Shown: piece by piece, positions 35,121 through 46,266 of the stretch
Numbering within the stretch: the first letter of the stretch is position 1
Layout of the letters: the number at the start of each line of letters is the position of its first letter
Source: Filomicrobium sp.
GTDB lineage: Bacteria > Pseudomonadota > Alphaproteobacteria > Rhizobiales > Hyphomicrobiaceae
Assembly: GCA_002689605.1 (NCBI GenBank)
Contig: NZGY01000005.1
Location: 1-52,267 of the forward strand
Length of the DNA stretch: 52,267 nucleotides
Direction: 5' to 3'
The notes under the pieces: model-generated
Database searches by the model: none
Seen by the model: the letters and a program-made list of their open reading frames with translations, nothing else
What the model was told of the DNA's origin: nothing
Translations under genes and position numbers: made by a program

Positions 35121-36184
35121 CAATCGAACACCTTTCAATCACAAAAAAAGATACCAGAGCTTGGGCTGAGCAGAATACAATTCTGTCGCCACGCTTCTAT
35201 ACAACCGACTTTGATGAACTCGACGCCATTGACGTTAGTCCGGTGCGGGCCGAATGGGATGAGCTGATCGCGGAGATGGAGAGCGATCCCAACAAAGGGC
35301 ATTTCAAACGTGGAGATGCATGGGACGACATTGATCTCAATGCGCTGCCGGAAGACCTGCGCAAGGAATTCGTCGACTTTCTTGTCAGCTCACTCACGGC
35401 CGAATTCTCAGGTTGTGTGCTGTACGCCGAGATGAAGCGACGCGGCAAGAACCCGGATATTTGCCAGCTGTTTCGGTTGATGGCACGTGATGAGGCTCGG
35501 CACGCTGGCTTTATAAATGACAGCTTGAAGGACTTTGGCCTTGGCATTGATCTCGGCTACCTGACGCGCAAGAAGAAATACACGTTCTTCAAGCCGAAGT
35601 TCATTTTCTACGCGACATACCTGTCGGAGAAAATAGGATATGCACGTTACATTACCATCTACCGCCATCTGCAACGCAATCCTGACAAGCGCATCCATCC
35701 TATTTTCAAGTGGTTTGAGAAGTGGTGTAATGATGAGTTCCGGCACGGTGAAGCCTTTGCTTTGCTAATGCGTGCGAACCCGCACCTCCTCAAAGGGATG
35801 AACAAGCACTGGGTGCGTTTCTTTTTGCTTGCTGTCTTCGCGACGATGTATGTTCGTGACCACGCGCGGCCGGCATTCCATAAAGCCCTTGGGATCGATC
35901 CGACCGAGTACGGCAAGCAAGTTTTCCGTGTCACCTCGGAAATCTCCAAACAGGTCTTTCCTTTGACGTTGGACATCGACAATCCGAAGTTCTTTGAAGG
36001 CCTTGAATCGCTCCGCAAGACCAGCAATGCACTGGATCGCGCAAAGCAACAGGGCGGCGTTATCGGCACGCTGAAGCGCATAGGGCTCGCGGCTGTCGCG
36101 GGCATGACGTTCATGCGTCTCTACTTCCTGCCGGCGCAGAACAATGAGCTTCCCGAAACGAGCCGTCTGCAACCGGCCTGGTAG
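35117..36184 (+). CDS. acsF: Aerobic Mg-protoporphyrin IX monomethyl ester oxidative cyclase
   Basis: 355 aa with [11 protein letters not shown] and the di-iron carboxylate motifs [34 protein letters not shown] and [10 protein letters not shown]. Confidence 0.93.
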   Translation: MTIEHLSITKKDTRAWAEQNTILSPRFYTTDFDELDAIDVSPVRAEWDELIAEMESDPNKGHFKRGDAWDDIDLNALPEDLRKEFVDFLVSSLTAEFSGCVLYAEMKRRGKNPDICQLFRLMARDEARHAGFINDSLKDFGLGIDLGYLTRKKKYTFFKPKFIFYATYLSEKIGYARYITIYRHLQRNPDKRIHPIFKWFEKWCNDEFRHGEAFALLMRANPHLLKGMNKHWVRFFLLAVFATMYVRDHARPAFHKALGIDPTEYGKQVFRVTSEISKQVFPLTLDIDNPKFFEGLESLRKTSNALDRAKQQGGVIGTLKRIGLAAVAGMTFMRLYFLPAQNNELPETSRLQPAW

Positions 36185-36209
36185 GCTCCCGACAAAGGAC
36201 GCAGTTTAG

Positions 36210-37094
36210 ATGGAGTTGCTCATCGCAGGCTTGTTCGCGGTTTTTGTCTGGTGGTTCAGTACGGGGATTATTCTTTATCTGGACGGACTGCCAAGGAAGA
36301 CGCATGCCTGGTCACTGCTCGCGATAACTGTGCTGTCAATCGCCGCTATGATCGGACTGGCTTTGACCGCTTCCATCACGACACCACTCGCGGCGTTCGC
36401 TGCGTTCAGCTTTGCCATCCTGTGCTGGGGCTGGCAGGAAATGACGCTGTATCTCGGAATGATCACAGGACCGAGAACCGAGGCGGCCGACACACAAAGT
36501 CGCGGTTGGCAACGGCTGAGTCATGCGGTTCAGGCCATCATCTATCATGAACTGGCTATTCTTCTCATGGGATTGATGCTCTGGGCCATCACCTGGCAAG
36601 CTGAGAATCAAGTCGGACTTTACACCTACCTGGTTCTCTGGTGGATGCGGTTAAGCGCTAAGATGAATGTCTTTCTTGGCGTTCCCAATCATGCGACGGA
36701 GTTCCTGCCGGACAACATTTCTTATCTTCAGACGTACTTCACCAAGCAGCCAATGAACCTCCTGTTTCCGTTCTCGGTAACCGTTTCCACCGTCGTTGCG
36801 GGCTTACTGTTATACACGGCGATTGCGGCCCCTACCGGATCATTTGAGGAGGCGGCTTATGGATTGCTGGCAGTGCTGGTTTCTCTGGCTGTTATCGAAC
36901 ACTGGTTCTTGGTGCTGCCGATACCGGTTAACGCACTGTGGTCATGGGGATTAGCATCGCACAAAAAATCGCGACACGCCGGCATCATAACCCCAAAGGA
37001 TGATGGTGAGGCGGGGACGGAACGCCGCGATAAGCTTGCCTTCCCTCACACGCCAACCCAAACAGAAAGACCACTGGCTACGTCCAGTAGCTAA
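36210..37094 (+). CDS. puhE: Putative photosynthetic complex assembly protein PuhE
   Basis: 294 aa and polytopic, with the N-terminus [18 protein letters not shown]. Its position directly after acsF is canonical for puhE. Confidence 0.8.
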   Translation: MELLIAGLFAVFVWWFSTGIILYLDGLPRKTHAWSLLAITVLSIAAMIGLALTASITTPLAAFAAFSFAILCWGWQEMTLYLGMITGPRTEAADTQSRGWQRLSHAVQAIIYHELAILLMGLMLWAITWQAENQVGLYTYLVLWWMRLSAKMNVFLGVPNHATEFLPDNISYLQTYFTKQPMNLLFPFSVTVSTVVAGLLLYTAIAAPTGSFEEAAYGLLAVLVSLAVIEHWFLVLPIPVNALWSWGLASHKKSRHAGIITPKDDGEAGTERRDKLAFPHTPTQTERPLATSSS

Positions 37095-37113
37095 TTGCGA
37101 GGAAGCCGTCATA

Positions 37114-38346
37114 ATGGACTATCAGCGACAATTCAAAGAACGCGTGGCCACCCTTCATGATGAAGGACGATACCGCATCTTTGCTGATCTCAAGCGTCAG
37201 CGCGGAAATTATCCCGTCGCCGACTGTTTCCGCCATGGCGGTCATAGCGAAGTGGCTGTGTGGTGTTCAAACGACTATCTCGGCATGAGCCAGAACCCAA
37301 ACGTCTTGGCCGCTATGCATGAGGCGCTCGACACAGTTGGTGCCGGCTCGGGTGGCACCCGCAATATATCGGGTACCACACACTACCATGTTGAGCTGGA
37401 GGAGGAGCTTGCGGATCTGCATGACAAAGAAGCTGCTCTGCTATTTACTTCGGCCTTTGTTGCCAACGATACCACTCTGTCAACCTTAGTCGATCTAATC
37501 CCTGGAACCGTGATCTTCTCCGATGAAAAGAACCATGCCTCGATGATCGCAGGTATCCGCCATGGCAAAGGCGAGAAGCGGATCTGGCGGCACAACGACA
37601 TCGGCCACTTAAGAGAGCAACTCGCGCAGTATCCAAAGTCGACGCCAAAGATCATTGCCTTTGAAAGCGTCTATTCCATGGACGGCCATATCGCCCCGAT
37701 TTCCGAGATTTGCGATCTCGCCAAAGAATTCGGAGCGATGACCTACCTTGATGAGGTCCATGCCGTGGGCATGTATGGCCCGCGAGGTGCCGGCGTGGCG
37801 GCTCGCGAAGGCGTGGCGGATCGTATTGACATCATAAATGGGACTCTGGCCAAAGGGTTTGGTGTCATGGGAGGCTATATCGCTGCGTCCCGCGATTGCT
37901 GTGATGCTATTCGTTCCTACGCACCCGGTTTTATATTTACAACATCGCTGACGCCCGCCGTGGCTGCCGGTGCGCTGACCAGTATTCGACATCTTAAGTT
38001 CAGCAACTCGGAGCGTGAACGCCATCAAGAGCGCGCCACTACAGTAAAAGCTAGGCTTGAGCAGTGCGGCCTACCGGTCATGAACAATCCGAGCCACATC
38101 GTCCCGGTCGCGGTGGGTGATCCCGTCCACTGCAAAGCCGTTACCGATGCGCTACTCGACAATCACAACATCTACGTGCAGCCGATCAATTATCCGACTG
38201 TACCGCGCGGTACTGAGCGGATCCGTCTGACACCGACACCACTGCACAGCGATGCTCATATTGACCATCTGTGCGATGCGCTCAGTACCTTGTGGGCGGC
38301 CTGTCCCGTTGGTAGCGGGCGCTATGTGCGGATTGCCGCTGAATAG
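37114..38346 (+). CDS. hemA: 5-aminolevulinate synthase
   Basis: [23 protein letters not shown] begins a colinear alpha-oxoamine synthase fold. It contains [13 protein letters not shown] and the PLP-Lys context [17 protein letters not shown] 37114 is the likely start. Confidence 0.92.
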   Translation: MDYQRQFKERVATLHDEGRYRIFADLKRQRGNYPVADCFRHGGHSEVAVWCSNDYLGMSQNPNVLAAMHEALDTVGAGSGGTRNISGTTHYHVELEEELADLHDKEAALLFTSAFVANDTTLSTLVDLIPGTVIFSDEKNHASMIAGIRHGKGEKRIWRHNDIGHLREQLAQYPKSTPKIIAFESVYSMDGHIAPISEICDLAKEFGAMTYLDEVHAVGMYGPRGAGVAAREGVADRIDIINGTLAKGFGVMGGYIAASRDCCDAIRSYAPGFIFTTSLTPAVAAGALTSIRHLKFSNSERERHQERATTVKARLEQCGLPVMNNPSHIVPVAVGDPVHCKAVTDALLDNHNIYVQPINYPTVPRGTERIRLTPTPLHSDAHIDHLCDALSTLWAACPVGSGRYVRIAAE

Positions 38347-38607
38347 AATAGGACAGGAACGCGCAAGTCTCGTTGATTGCTAAACGAAACCTGCGCCATC
38401 AGCGGTGGCTGTAGTTTGGCTTGGCCTAGTGTTTTTGTTTTTATTCTTTGGAAGCTGCATGGGCTCAGTGAGGCACTGAAAAAATCCCATTGTCATAATC
38501 ACACGAAGCAACTCAATCGTTCAACGTACAAAAACTGCATGGCGTGATCTTGTGGGATACGGGCAGCATAGCATAACAGCATTCTCATTTGGCAAGCATG
38601 ATCATGA

Positions 38608-39405
38608 CTACGAAGACTGATCCTTGCGCTGCGGTAATGTCGCCAGCAATGGTCCCAGAAGCTGCCCCGAGAGGGTTTCAGAGTCGCGACCGCCATGATG
38701 GCGTTGTTTGAAAACCCTCCATTGGTGATGGATCATGTAGGCGACGCCGAATACGGTTGGGATCGCCCATAGAAGAGAATTGAACGCCAAGGCTGGAAAC
38801 CAATTGACGGCGCCAAACGCCAGGAAAGCGGTATAGACCGAGATGCCTGCACCAATACCTGCCCGGAAGTGCTGAACCAGCCATTCATCGGAAATCGGAT
38901 CGCGCTGATGAAGAAAGTTGATGTTCAGTGCGGCGGCTGCGAGTCCTGGTATAGCAACACCAACCATAATAACCTGATCCAACTGCACCCCGCGTATCGC
39001 ACAATAAAGTCCTGTTAAGCCCATAAGGCCTTGGAGCAAGTAATTTACTACCGTCTTGTTGGCTTGGTGGTTACGCTTGTTTCGAGCCGTGACAAAGCTA
39101 TGCCAGGCAAGCGCTATTGTTAACACACCCAGATAGAGCATCATCCATCCGAACAAGCCGCGAACCAACGGTGCGTCTTGCGAGAACGGGTGTGTCTCGA
39201 GCGGAGCACTAAGCGAGCACAAACTCATTCCAACCGCGAATGTACCAGTGCTGAGCATGCAGTAGACGAAAATCCGTCCCCACAACTTATGCAGCGAGTT
39301 GCCTTTTCGAGTAATCACCGGGCCCCATAGACTCGCCAGTCCCAGTGTACCGGTCACTATGTGGGCGACTATGAGGATATTGAAAAGCAGCATCTCTTTG
39401 ACCAA
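38608..39405 (-). CDS. Polytopic membrane protein (about 7 TM helices), DUF2306-like
   Basis: 265 aa from TTG 39405, or starting at ATG 39393. The N-terminal pattern IVAHIVTGTLGLASLWGPV...LHKLWGRIFVY resembles the DUF2306 start as I remember it. The gene lies 115 bp downstream of pufM on the same strand. Confidence 0.5.
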   Translation of the reverse strand: MVKEMLLFNILIVAHIVTGTLGLASLWGPVITRKGNSLHKLWGRIFVYCMLSTGTFAVGMSLCSLSAPLETHPFSQDAPLVRGLFGWMMLYLGVLTIALAWHSFVTARNKRNHQANKTVVNYLLQGLMGLTGLYCAIRGVQLDQVIMVGVAIPGLAAAALNINFLHQRDPISDEWLVQHFRAGIGAGISVYTAFLAFGAVNWFPALAFNSLLWAIPTVFGVAYMIHHQWRVFKQRHHGGRDSETLSGQLLGPLLATLPQRKDQSS

Positions 39406-39465
39406 CGCCGCATACTAGTTGACGCAATATTGCAAGGACTGCGATTAACCTTCGCTTGTTCGACA

Positions 39466-39494
39466 CAGGCGCAGCAATGACGAAGCTGCGCCTG
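39466..39494 (-). other. 10-bp stem-loop just downstream of pufM
   Basis: CAGGCGCAGC (39466-39475) pairs with GCTGCGCCTG (39485-39494) around a 9-nt loop. No U-run follows on the minus-strand transcript. It is therefore more likely a 3-prime stabiliser or attenuator than a strong intrinsic terminator. Confidence 0.35.
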
Positions 39495-39520
39495 CACGTC
39501 TAATTTGTTCGGCAATACGA

Positions 39521-40468
39521 CTAGTTGCCAGGAATGTAGTGCACTTCGGTCGCTAGATAGCTGTGCTTTTCGGCCCAAGCACTCCAGTCCGTGACAACGG
39601 TGCCAGTCAGCAGGATTCCAATACCACCAGTCAGAGTGCACAGTACCGCAAACCACCATGCCCAGCGGTGAATAGACTCCATGCTAGCATTGAAACCCAT
39701 CGTCCAGCGCCAGAACAGAGCCGCTCTTTCCGAAGCGGTACCACGGTCGGTGATTTGCTCAATTTCGCGTTCACCGCCGTATCTACTGACGGCGAGAATT
39801 GTCGCTCCGTGCATGGCGAAGAGGAGTGCCGAGCCGTACAAAAAGACAATCGAAAGCGCGTGGAACGGATTGTAGAACAGGTTGCCATAAGTAATTGAAA
39901 AGTAGTTCGTCCAGTCAAGGTGCGCGAGAAATCCAAACGGAACTGCTTCACTCCAATGCCCCATAGCAATTGGACGAATGAACCCCAATACTAAGTAGAG
40001 CCATATCGCCGAGGCAAACGCCCAGGCAACGTGTGTACCCATACCGAGACGTACGGCATTCACGTAGATCCTCAACCACCAGAGAATGATGGAAACGGTT
40101 AGGAAGAAGCCTGCAATAAGCCACCAGCCACCTTTATCGAGAGGTGGAATGATCTTTAGACCATATTCGGGAGGCGGTGGATTTAGCGACAACCACGGCA
40201 GGCGAACGACAAAGTCATACGGATTCCAATTCACCTGCGCCATCATATTGAGGCCCATGATTATGATTGCAATACCGCCGAAAATAAAAGCCCCCAAGCC
40301 AAGCCCACCGATGTAGATGGGTCCGACTTGTGCATCTCCGAATTTGCCAAACCAATAGTTGAATCCGGGTTTGCCTTCACGCGGCCAAACTTTATCGTCA
40401 ATGGGCACACCCATCTCTGGCTCGGCGTGGACCTGTACCCGCGTGAATATGTTTTGATATTCTGCCAT
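39521..40468 (-). CDS. pufM: Photosynthetic reaction centre M subunit
   Basis: 315 aa with the conserved start [13 protein letters not shown] and the L/M family helices containing His ligands. Confidence 0.95.
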   Translation of the reverse strand: MAEYQNIFTRVQVHAEPEMGVPIDDKVWPREGKPGFNYWFGKFGDAQVGPIYIGGLGLGAFIFGGIAIIIMGLNMMAQVNWNPYDFVVRLPWLSLNPPPPEYGLKIIPPLDKGGWWLIAGFFLTVSIILWWLRIYVNAVRLGMGTHVAWAFASAIWLYLVLGFIRPIAMGHWSEAVPFGFLAHLDWTNYFSITYGNLFYNPFHALSIVFLYGSALLFAMHGATILAVSRYGGEREIEQITDRGTASERAALFWRWTMGFNASMESIHRWAWWFAVLCTLTGGIGILLTGTVVTDWSAWAEKHSYLATEVHYIPGN

Positions 40469-40470
40469 TG

Positions 40471-41331
40471 CTAGCTTCCTCCGCCAACGAAGTAATCAGC
40501 AGCTTGGTAATAGTTCTCGGGTGGTGCTGAGAGCTGCTCCCACCATGTGATCCAGCTGTCGGTCCAGTAAGTCCCGCTAATCACGATACAAACCGCACTC
40601 CAGAAACCCGCGTTGAGGGCCAGAATGAGGCCTAACCGGTGAACCCCGAGTGTTCCAATCGAGTACCCGATGGTATCGCGGAAGAAAGTGTTCTCATGAT
40701 CAGGTGTGCGCACCTTGAGCCCGGCTTGAGGATTAACAGCAGAAAGGATGAGACCGCCATGCAGGGCCAGAGCCAGCGTTACAGTGAAGAAGAATGTAAT
40801 CGCGATCATATGCGCCGGATTGTAGTGGAAGTTACCGTAACTATAGCCAACGTACGATACCCAGTTAAGGTGAGTGAAGATACCATAGGGAAAGCCATGT
40901 CCCCATGCCCCCATCAAAACAGGTCGGATGACGACCAAACTCACGTACGCAAGGATTGCAAAGCTAAAGGCTATAGGAACGTGGTAGCCCATACCGAGCT
41001 TCCGGCAAATTTCCGCTTCCCGTAGCGCCCAGGATACGAATGCTCCTATCGCGCATACCGTCACGAACTGCCATAATCCGCCTTCATTCAGTGGAGCCAT
41101 CGCCAGGCCAAGCTCAACACTTGGAGGGTTGATGCTTATCAACCACGGGTTCCACGTTGGTCCTTGCGACGCACCGTACATGATCAGGCTTGTTCCCATA
41201 AGCGTAAAGAACATTGTCGTCACGCCAAAGAAGCCGACATAAAAGGGGCCAATCCAGAAATCAAATAAGTCACCGCCAACGAGGGTACCACCTTTTACGC
41301 GGTACTTCTTCTCGAAATTCAGCATCGCCAT
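40471..41331 (-). CDS. pufL: Photosynthetic reaction centre L subunit
   Basis: 286 aa with the conserved start [42 protein letters not shown] Shine-Dalgarno precedes the start. Confidence 0.95.
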   Translation of the reverse strand: MAMLNFEKKYRVKGGTLVGGDLFDFWIGPFYVGFFGVTTMFFTLMGTSLIMYGASQGPTWNPWLISINPPSVELGLAMAPLNEGGLWQFVTVCAIGAFVSWALREAEICRKLGMGYHVPIAFSFAILAYVSLVVIRPVLMGAWGHGFPYGIFTHLNWVSYVGYSYGNFHYNPAHMIAITFFFTVTLALALHGGLILSAVNPQAGLKVRTPDHENTFFRDTIGYSIGTLGVHRLGLILALNAGFWSAVCIVISGTYWTDSWITWWEQLSAPPENYYQAADYFVGGGS

Positions 41332-41377
41332 TACTCATTCCTCCGGCAGAGCGCCTTCGCTGCGTCAATTCATTTTG

Positions 41378-41424
41378 AGCGGGTGACGATTCAAATAAGA
41401 GAACATTTAAAATCGTCACCCGCT
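41378..41424 (-). other. Intercistronic pufA-pufL stem-loop (mRNA decay barrier or partial terminator)
   Basis: A perfect 14-bp stem: AGCGGGTGACGATT (41378-41391) pairs with AATCGTCACCCGCT (41411-41424) around a 19-nt loop. It lies 8 nt after the pufA stop and 47 nt before the pufL ATG. Confidence 0.6.
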
Positions 41425-41431
41425 AAAGTCG

Positions 41432-41617
41432 TCAACCGTAGTCCACGACTCTTTCGATTGTCGTCTGCGATGTTTGTACGGCCGCAGACTCACTCAACCA
41501 ATTGTAGCGCTCTGTGCTCAAAAGGATGAAGTGGATCGTAAATGCGAGTAACGCCAAGAAGATATACATAAGCGTTAAAGCTCGCATTGGGTGGATCATT
41601 TGCCAAATGCGAAACAT
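41432..41617 (-). CDS. pufA: Light-harvesting complex 1 alpha polypeptide
   Basis: 61 aa, reading MFRIWQMIHPMRALTLMYIFLALLAFTIHFILLSTERYNWL. It has the conserved IW, the BChl-ligand His in IHFILLST and the NWL motif. Confidence 0.9.
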   Translation of the reverse strand: MFRIWQMIHPMRALTLMYIFLALLAFTIHFILLSTERYNWLSESAAVQTSQTTIERVVDYG

Positions 41618-41680
41618 TCAGTTTTCCTTTCCCAAGCCACATTTCGTGGGTCAAGCTCGGTGTCTTGAGGACACCGCGGT

Positions 41681-41842
41681 TTAGCCACCTAGCCAGGGGC
41701 GCCAGATCCACATCAGATAATGAGCGACCAAAGCAATAGCGACGTACACAATCGTCATCGTCATGAAGTAGCCGTGTACCTCTTTCGCCTGCTCATCCGT
41801 CAGTCCTGAAGCCCCGTAAAGTGGGTGGTCCTGTACATCCAT
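41681..41842 (-). CDS. pufB: Light-harvesting complex 1 beta polypeptide (not in the ORF track, hand-translated)
   Basis: The reverse complement of 41842-41681 translates to MDVQDHPLYGASGLTDEQAKEVHGYFMTMTIVYVAIALVAHYLMWIWRPWLGG and a stop. The LTDEQAKE-H and AH-L-W-WRPW motifs are diagnostic. AGGAG lies 7 nt upstream of the ATG. Confidence 0.9.
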   Translation of the reverse strand: MDVQDHPLYGASGLTDEQAKEVHGYFMTMTIVYVAIALVAHYLMWIWRPWLGG

Positions 41843-41965
41843 AGGACATCTCCTAAATTCTGGAATTTTGACCTCGTTGCGCGACCCGCCCTCGCGCTGG
41901 GCACATGCCGGCTAGCTCTTATCCGACATATCTTCGTACCTTCAAAAGAACATTCGCGATGCTAG

Positions 41966-42241
41966 TCAGCGCATGAACATGAAGGGTGTAACCTCGTTCG
42001 CGGCGCACCACGCATTGCCGGTAATCGCCCATCTATTCGGGCAGCTTCCACTGAAAGGCCGCAGCTTGTTCGGAAGAAAAAATGTCAACAAGCCGAGCAA
42101 AACAAAATATGTGAACATAAACCCGAACATTAGGTGATACTCGCGTTTTTCACTTGAATTTCTCCTGGACGGGATACGCTGCTCAAATCTTGATTTCGAA
42201 AGCGGTTCAATTCTATGATGTGTCTGCGTAATACTCATCAT
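41966..42241 (-). CDS. pufQ: PufQ-like protein
   Basis: 91 aa with one central TM helix ([20 protein letters not shown]). The C-terminal [15 protein letters not shown] resembles the AWREAGEITPEIFRP tail of Rhodobacter PufQ as I remember it. It sits between bchZ and pufB, and its ATG overlaps the bchZ stop as ATGA. Confidence 0.6.
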   Translation of the reverse strand: MMSITQTHHRIEPLSKSRFEQRIPSRRNSSEKREYHLMFGFMFTYFVLLGLLTFFLPNKLRPFSGSCPNRWAITGNAWCAANEVTPFMFMR

Positions 42242-43692
42242 TTAATAGCCTCCCTGTTGGCCTGACATGCCTTGTCAAATAACTCAAGTGTCACTGCATT
42301 GGCATCGAAGTCGCGGGCATATCGCTCAATGTCATCTCTAAGTTTTTTTGTTGCTGATATTCTTGTGAGGATTGGGAACTTTCCGACAGCATTGTCTAAA
42401 GCGGCTTGGGCTTCACTTTCCCAGCGCACTTCACTGCGCATCCGCGCTGGCGTTGATGGTGCTTTATCCAGTTCCGAACCGATCGGTAGGATCTCGAACA
42501 AGGCATCGAACAACGCGTTGCAAAATTCCTGCAGCAAGTACGTTGCCCCTGCATAGCCCATGAAAGGCGTGCCGGTGTGTCGTCGAATGGCGGTACCAGG
42601 AAACGAAGCAGGAATGTAAACGGCCTTTGAGTCAATCTCGGCCAAGTACATCCGCTCATTGTAGCTGCCGAACATGACCAGAGGGGTATTGGTCTGCACG
42701 TTATTACGAATCGCAGCGTTATCAGTTTTGCCACCCGCTACACGGCAGACCGAAAAGGTACAACTAAAGCCAAGATCGTTTTCGAGATAGTTTCTGATCC
42801 CACGAACGTAGGTTTCGTTGGCAACAATTGCGAAGCTTGCCGTCGCGAAGAAATCTTGCGTGACCGATCGCCAAAGATCCCAGATAGGTTTGATGGTCGT
42901 GTGCTTTTCGCGTGCAATGAACGGCTCGGGATCAAGCCCAGTGAGTTCGCCCAACTTGCGCAGGAACAGCGATGTCGATTCCAACCCAATAGGAGCCTGC
43001 AAGTAGGGTTGCTCCATGGCCTCGCAAAGTTGACGACCAAACTCACGATACATGCAGACATTGACATCAGCATCAACGAGGCGCCCAACATCTGCAATGT
43101 GGCTAGCGAGCGGGAAGACCATGTTAACCTCAGCACCAACGCCTTCAATTAGTCGGCGTATCTCTGCGAGATCAGACGGCATGTTAAACACGCCGTACAT
43201 TGGTCCAATGATGTTGACCTTGGGCTTATCGCCCTCTTTCTTTTTGCGTGCTTTCGGCCGCCTGGCACCCTTCATACCGAACTCGGACCACAACCACTTG
43301 AGGGCGCGGTCGGCGCTCTGCCATTGGTCTTCATCAATGGTTCGCGGCAGGAACCTGCGGATATTGGTTCCTTCCGGTGTCACCCCACCGCCGATCATTT
43401 CGGCAATACTGCCTGTCACAACGACAGCCGGCGTATCAGGATCAAGCGTGCTGTGAGCCTGCCGCAAGGCGCCTTCGGTTCCGTGCTGACCAAGTTCATC
43501 CTCGGCCAGTCCGGTAACAACAATCGGGAGTTCATGCGGTGGAAGACCGTCTGTGTAGTGGAGCACCGACGTCACTGGCAGGTTCTCACAACCAACGGGA
43601 CCGTCGATAATCACCTGCAATCCCTTTACCGCCGTAAAGGCGTAGACTGAGCCCCAATAACCACCGGCTCGATCTAGATCGAGGATCAGCAT
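42238..43692 (-). CDS. bchZ: Chlorophyllide a reductase subunit Z
   Basis: The N-terminus [37 protein letters not shown] is the conserved BchZ start. Confidence 0.93.
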   Translation of the reverse strand: MLILDLDRAGGYWGSVYAFTAVKGLQVIIDGPVGCENLPVTSVLHYTDGLPPHELPIVVTGLAEDELGQHGTEGALRQAHSTLDPDTPAVVVTGSIAEMIGGGVTPEGTNIRRFLPRTIDEDQWQSADRALKWLWSEFGMKGARRPKARKKKEGDKPKVNIIGPMYGVFNMPSDLAEIRRLIEGVGAEVNMVFPLASHIADVGRLVDADVNVCMYREFGRQLCEAMEQPYLQAPIGLESTSLFLRKLGELTGLDPEPFIAREKHTTIKPIWDLWRSVTQDFFATASFAIVANETYVRGIRNYLENDLGFSCTFSVCRVAGGKTDNAAIRNNVQTNTPLVMFGSYNERMYLAEIDSKAVYIPASFPGTAIRRHTGTPFMGYAGATYLLQEFCNALFDALFEILPIGSELDKAPSTPARMRSEVRWESEAQAALDNAVGKFPILTRISATKKLRDDIERYARDFDANAVTLELFDKACQANREAIK

Positions 43693-45248
43693 CCTACCGG
43701 GCCTCCCTCAACTGTCGCCCCGCCGTTCGCAACGATGGTCTTTTTGCGTCGCTGCGGCCGGCTCAGAGGTGAGTCTTCCCATATGCCAGCATTTTCCTGT
43801 TGGCCGACATCACCGAAAAAATCCTTCATCCGCTGGAAACGGCTTTTGGAAGCCATAGCGCCATTGATCACGTGGGCGAGCGAGGCTGCACCGGGCACTC
43901 CAAATAGCGGTCGGGCTGATATGAGATTTGTGAAGTAAAGTGACGGTATTGCTAGCTGCTTTGCTTTCTGAACGACAGGCGTCGTGCCAATCGCAATATC
44001 AGGCTCGAAGGCCTCCATAGCTGCCGTGTCTTGCTCAAGTGATGCACGGTATTGAACGTGCGTGCCGCGTGCTTCCAGCCATTCTCGGTCGGCAGCAGAC
44101 CATCTGGTCTGAGCGCAGGCAGTTCCGACATAACGGACATCCGCGCCGGCCTCGGCCAAAAGTCTGGCAACGAGAAGTTCCGAACCTTCGTAGCCGGACA
44201 GTGTTACGCGCGCCTTTATCGGATGCGCCTCGAGTGCAGATCTGATAAACGGCAGAGCCGCGTCTTTGGCTGCGGAAAGCTTGGAGGAGGGTGAGCCGAC
44301 GGTGTCTGCAACGCGCTCAAGCCAAGCAGCGGTTCCGTCGACCCCGACCGGAGCAGATCCAAAGACGGGCCTGCCGGCTATTTCAAACTCGCGAATTGCA
44401 CTTGTATAGAATGGATGCACTGCAGCAACAGCTGCGCAGTCCAGCGCGGTATAGAGTTCGCGCCATTCCCGCGTAGGAACAACGGGACCCGCGTCGAGAT
44501 CTAACGGATCAAGGAGTTGGCCAATGGCCACCGGGTCTGCTGGAAAAATCTCACCAAGTAAAGTAATTGCAGGGCGCTTGCGCTTCTGGCTGCCCGAGGG
44601 GCTTAACACTGGGCCAGACTCGGCTTCCTGACGAGCGTAGTTGAGCATCGCACCGGCCAGGACGTCTTTAGCTTCGGCATGGGTTGGGACACCAAAGCCG
44701 GGTACATCAATGCCCACGATGCGGACACCATTGATCTCCTTTGGAAGGAGCTGCAGCGGCACACCTGATGCTGTCGGCACGCAAAGGTTGGTGACGACGA
44801 CGGCATCGTATAACTCAGGGTCCGCCAGCTCGTGGACCGCGTCGCGGAGGTCTTCAAAAAGCTTGCCGGTAACGAGTGTTTCCGAGTTAAACGGTACATA
44901 ACCAACGGTACGTCTGGCACCATAAAAGTGCGAAGTGAATGTCAGGCCATAGACGCAACATGCAGAGCCGCACAAGACTGATGCTGTCCGTCGCATTCTA
45001 AGGCCAACACGCAATGAGCCAAACGCTGGACACATGCTTTGTGGTTTGTCGTGCGGCCCAACCGGATAGTCCTTGGCAAACTGCTCCAACAGTTCGCTAT
45101 TGCCTGATGATCGCGCCGCCGCCTGCATTTGTGCTGCTCCGGCATGGCAGCCAACACTCTCGTCACTTACGTGACTAACGGTACCACAGTCTTCGGCCGG
45201 CTTGCCGTCGGCAGCCAATCCATCATCCATGTCATATTGAGATGCCAT
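43686..45248 (-). CDS. bchY: Chlorophyllide a reductase subunit Y
   Basis: 520 aa and NifD/BchN-like, with [19 protein letters not shown] and [12 protein letters not shown]. It lies between bchX and bchZ. Confidence 0.92.
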   Translation of the reverse strand: MASQYDMDDGLAADGKPAEDCGTVSHVSDESVGCHAGAAQMQAAARSSGNSELLEQFAKDYPVGPHDKPQSMCPAFGSLRVGLRMRRTASVLCGSACCVYGLTFTSHFYGARRTVGYVPFNSETLVTGKLFEDLRDAVHELADPELYDAVVVTNLCVPTASGVPLQLLPKEINGVRIVGIDVPGFGVPTHAEAKDVLAGAMLNYARQEAESGPVLSPSGSQKRKRPAITLLGEIFPADPVAIGQLLDPLDLDAGPVVPTREWRELYTALDCAAVAAVHPFYTSAIREFEIAGRPVFGSAPVGVDGTAAWLERVADTVGSPSSKLSAAKDAALPFIRSALEAHPIKARVTLSGYEGSELLVARLLAEAGADVRYVGTACAQTRWSAADREWLEARGTHVQYRASLEQDTAAMEAFEPDIAIGTTPVVQKAKQLAIPSLYFTNLISARPLFGVPGAASLAHVINGAMASKSRFQRMKDFFGDVGQQENAGIWEDSPLSRPQRRKKTIVANGGATVEGGPVGC

Positions 45249-45252
45249 GACG

Positions 45253-46266
45253 CTAAACCGTATCGTAAATCACTTCGAGTGAGGGTTTGTGGAGACGCTC
45301 TGGGGCGCACATATCTTCGATGGTTGCCGGTTCCAGCTTGAAATCCCCACCAACAGTCTTGGAGTCGAAAAGACCCAACAGGCCATCCTGATCGAGGGGT
45401 GTTGGATGGACTGGCGGTGCGGCAGAAACATTGGCGGCCAACCCAGCAAAGAGATCGCCCCAGGTTTCTTCAGGTCTGGCGACAATCTCGTAGTTCGCGC
45501 TCTTCCGACGAATGTCGTCATTTGCCGGGATGGCAGCCAGAACTGGAATGCCGACGGCTTCTGCAAAGGCATGTGCCTCGCCAGTTCCGTCATCCTTGTT
45601 AATGACCATGCCAGCCACGCCGACATTGCCGCCAAGCTTGCTGAAGTACTGTACGGCCGAACAGACGTTATTAGCGACATACAGTGATTGGAGATCGTTT
45701 GAACCAACAACAATCACTTTCTGACACATGTCTCGAGCAATCGGCAGTCCGAAGCCGCCGCACACCACGTCGCCAAGGAAGTCAAGCAAGACATAATCAA
45801 AATCCCAATCATGAAAGCCTAGCTTTTCAAGGATTTCGAAGCCATGGATAATGCCCCGCCCGCCGCAGCCGCGACCAACCTCTGGACCACCGAGCTCCAT
45901 CGCGAAAACCCCGTCTCTCTTAAAGCAAACATCGCCAATGGCAACGTCGTCACCTGCGAGTTTCTTTTTTGAGGACGTTTCAATGATGGTCGGGCAGGCA
46001 CGACCGCCAAAAAGCAACGAAGTTGTATCGCTCTTGGGATCACAACCAATTAGAAGTGTCTTCTTACCTTGCTGGGCCATCATGTAAGACAAATTCGACA
46101 GCGTGAAGCTCTTGCCGATACCGCCTTTGCCGTAGATTGCGATGATCTCCGTTGTCTTAGTCGGCGGCTCTGTCACCACAGGAGCTGGTTCCTCAGCTGC
46201 CTCTTGTCGTAAGAAATCATCTACGTTGCGGATGGCGTCAATCATTACGCCGTCAGGGGCTGTCAT
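45253..46266 (-). CDS. bchX: Chlorophyllide a reductase iron protein
   Basis: NifH-like P-loop [20 protein letters not shown] 46266 overlaps the bchC stop as ATGA. The 394-aa ORF-track version is an upstream over-extension into bchC. Confidence 0.93.
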   Translation of the reverse strand: MTAPDGVMIDAIRNVDDFLRQEAAEEPAPVVTEPPTKTTEIIAIYGKGGIGKSFTLSNLSYMMAQQGKKTLLIGCDPKSDTTSLLFGGRACPTIIETSSKKKLAGDDVAIGDVCFKRDGVFAMELGGPEVGRGCGGRGIIHGFEILEKLGFHDWDFDYVLLDFLGDVVCGGFGLPIARDMCQKVIVVGSNDLQSLYVANNVCSAVQYFSKLGGNVGVAGMVINKDDGTGEAHAFAEAVGIPVLAAIPANDDIRRKSANYEIVARPEETWGDLFAGLAANVSAAPPVHPTPLDQDGLLGLFDSKTVGGDFKLEPATIEDMCAPERLHKPSLEVIYDTV

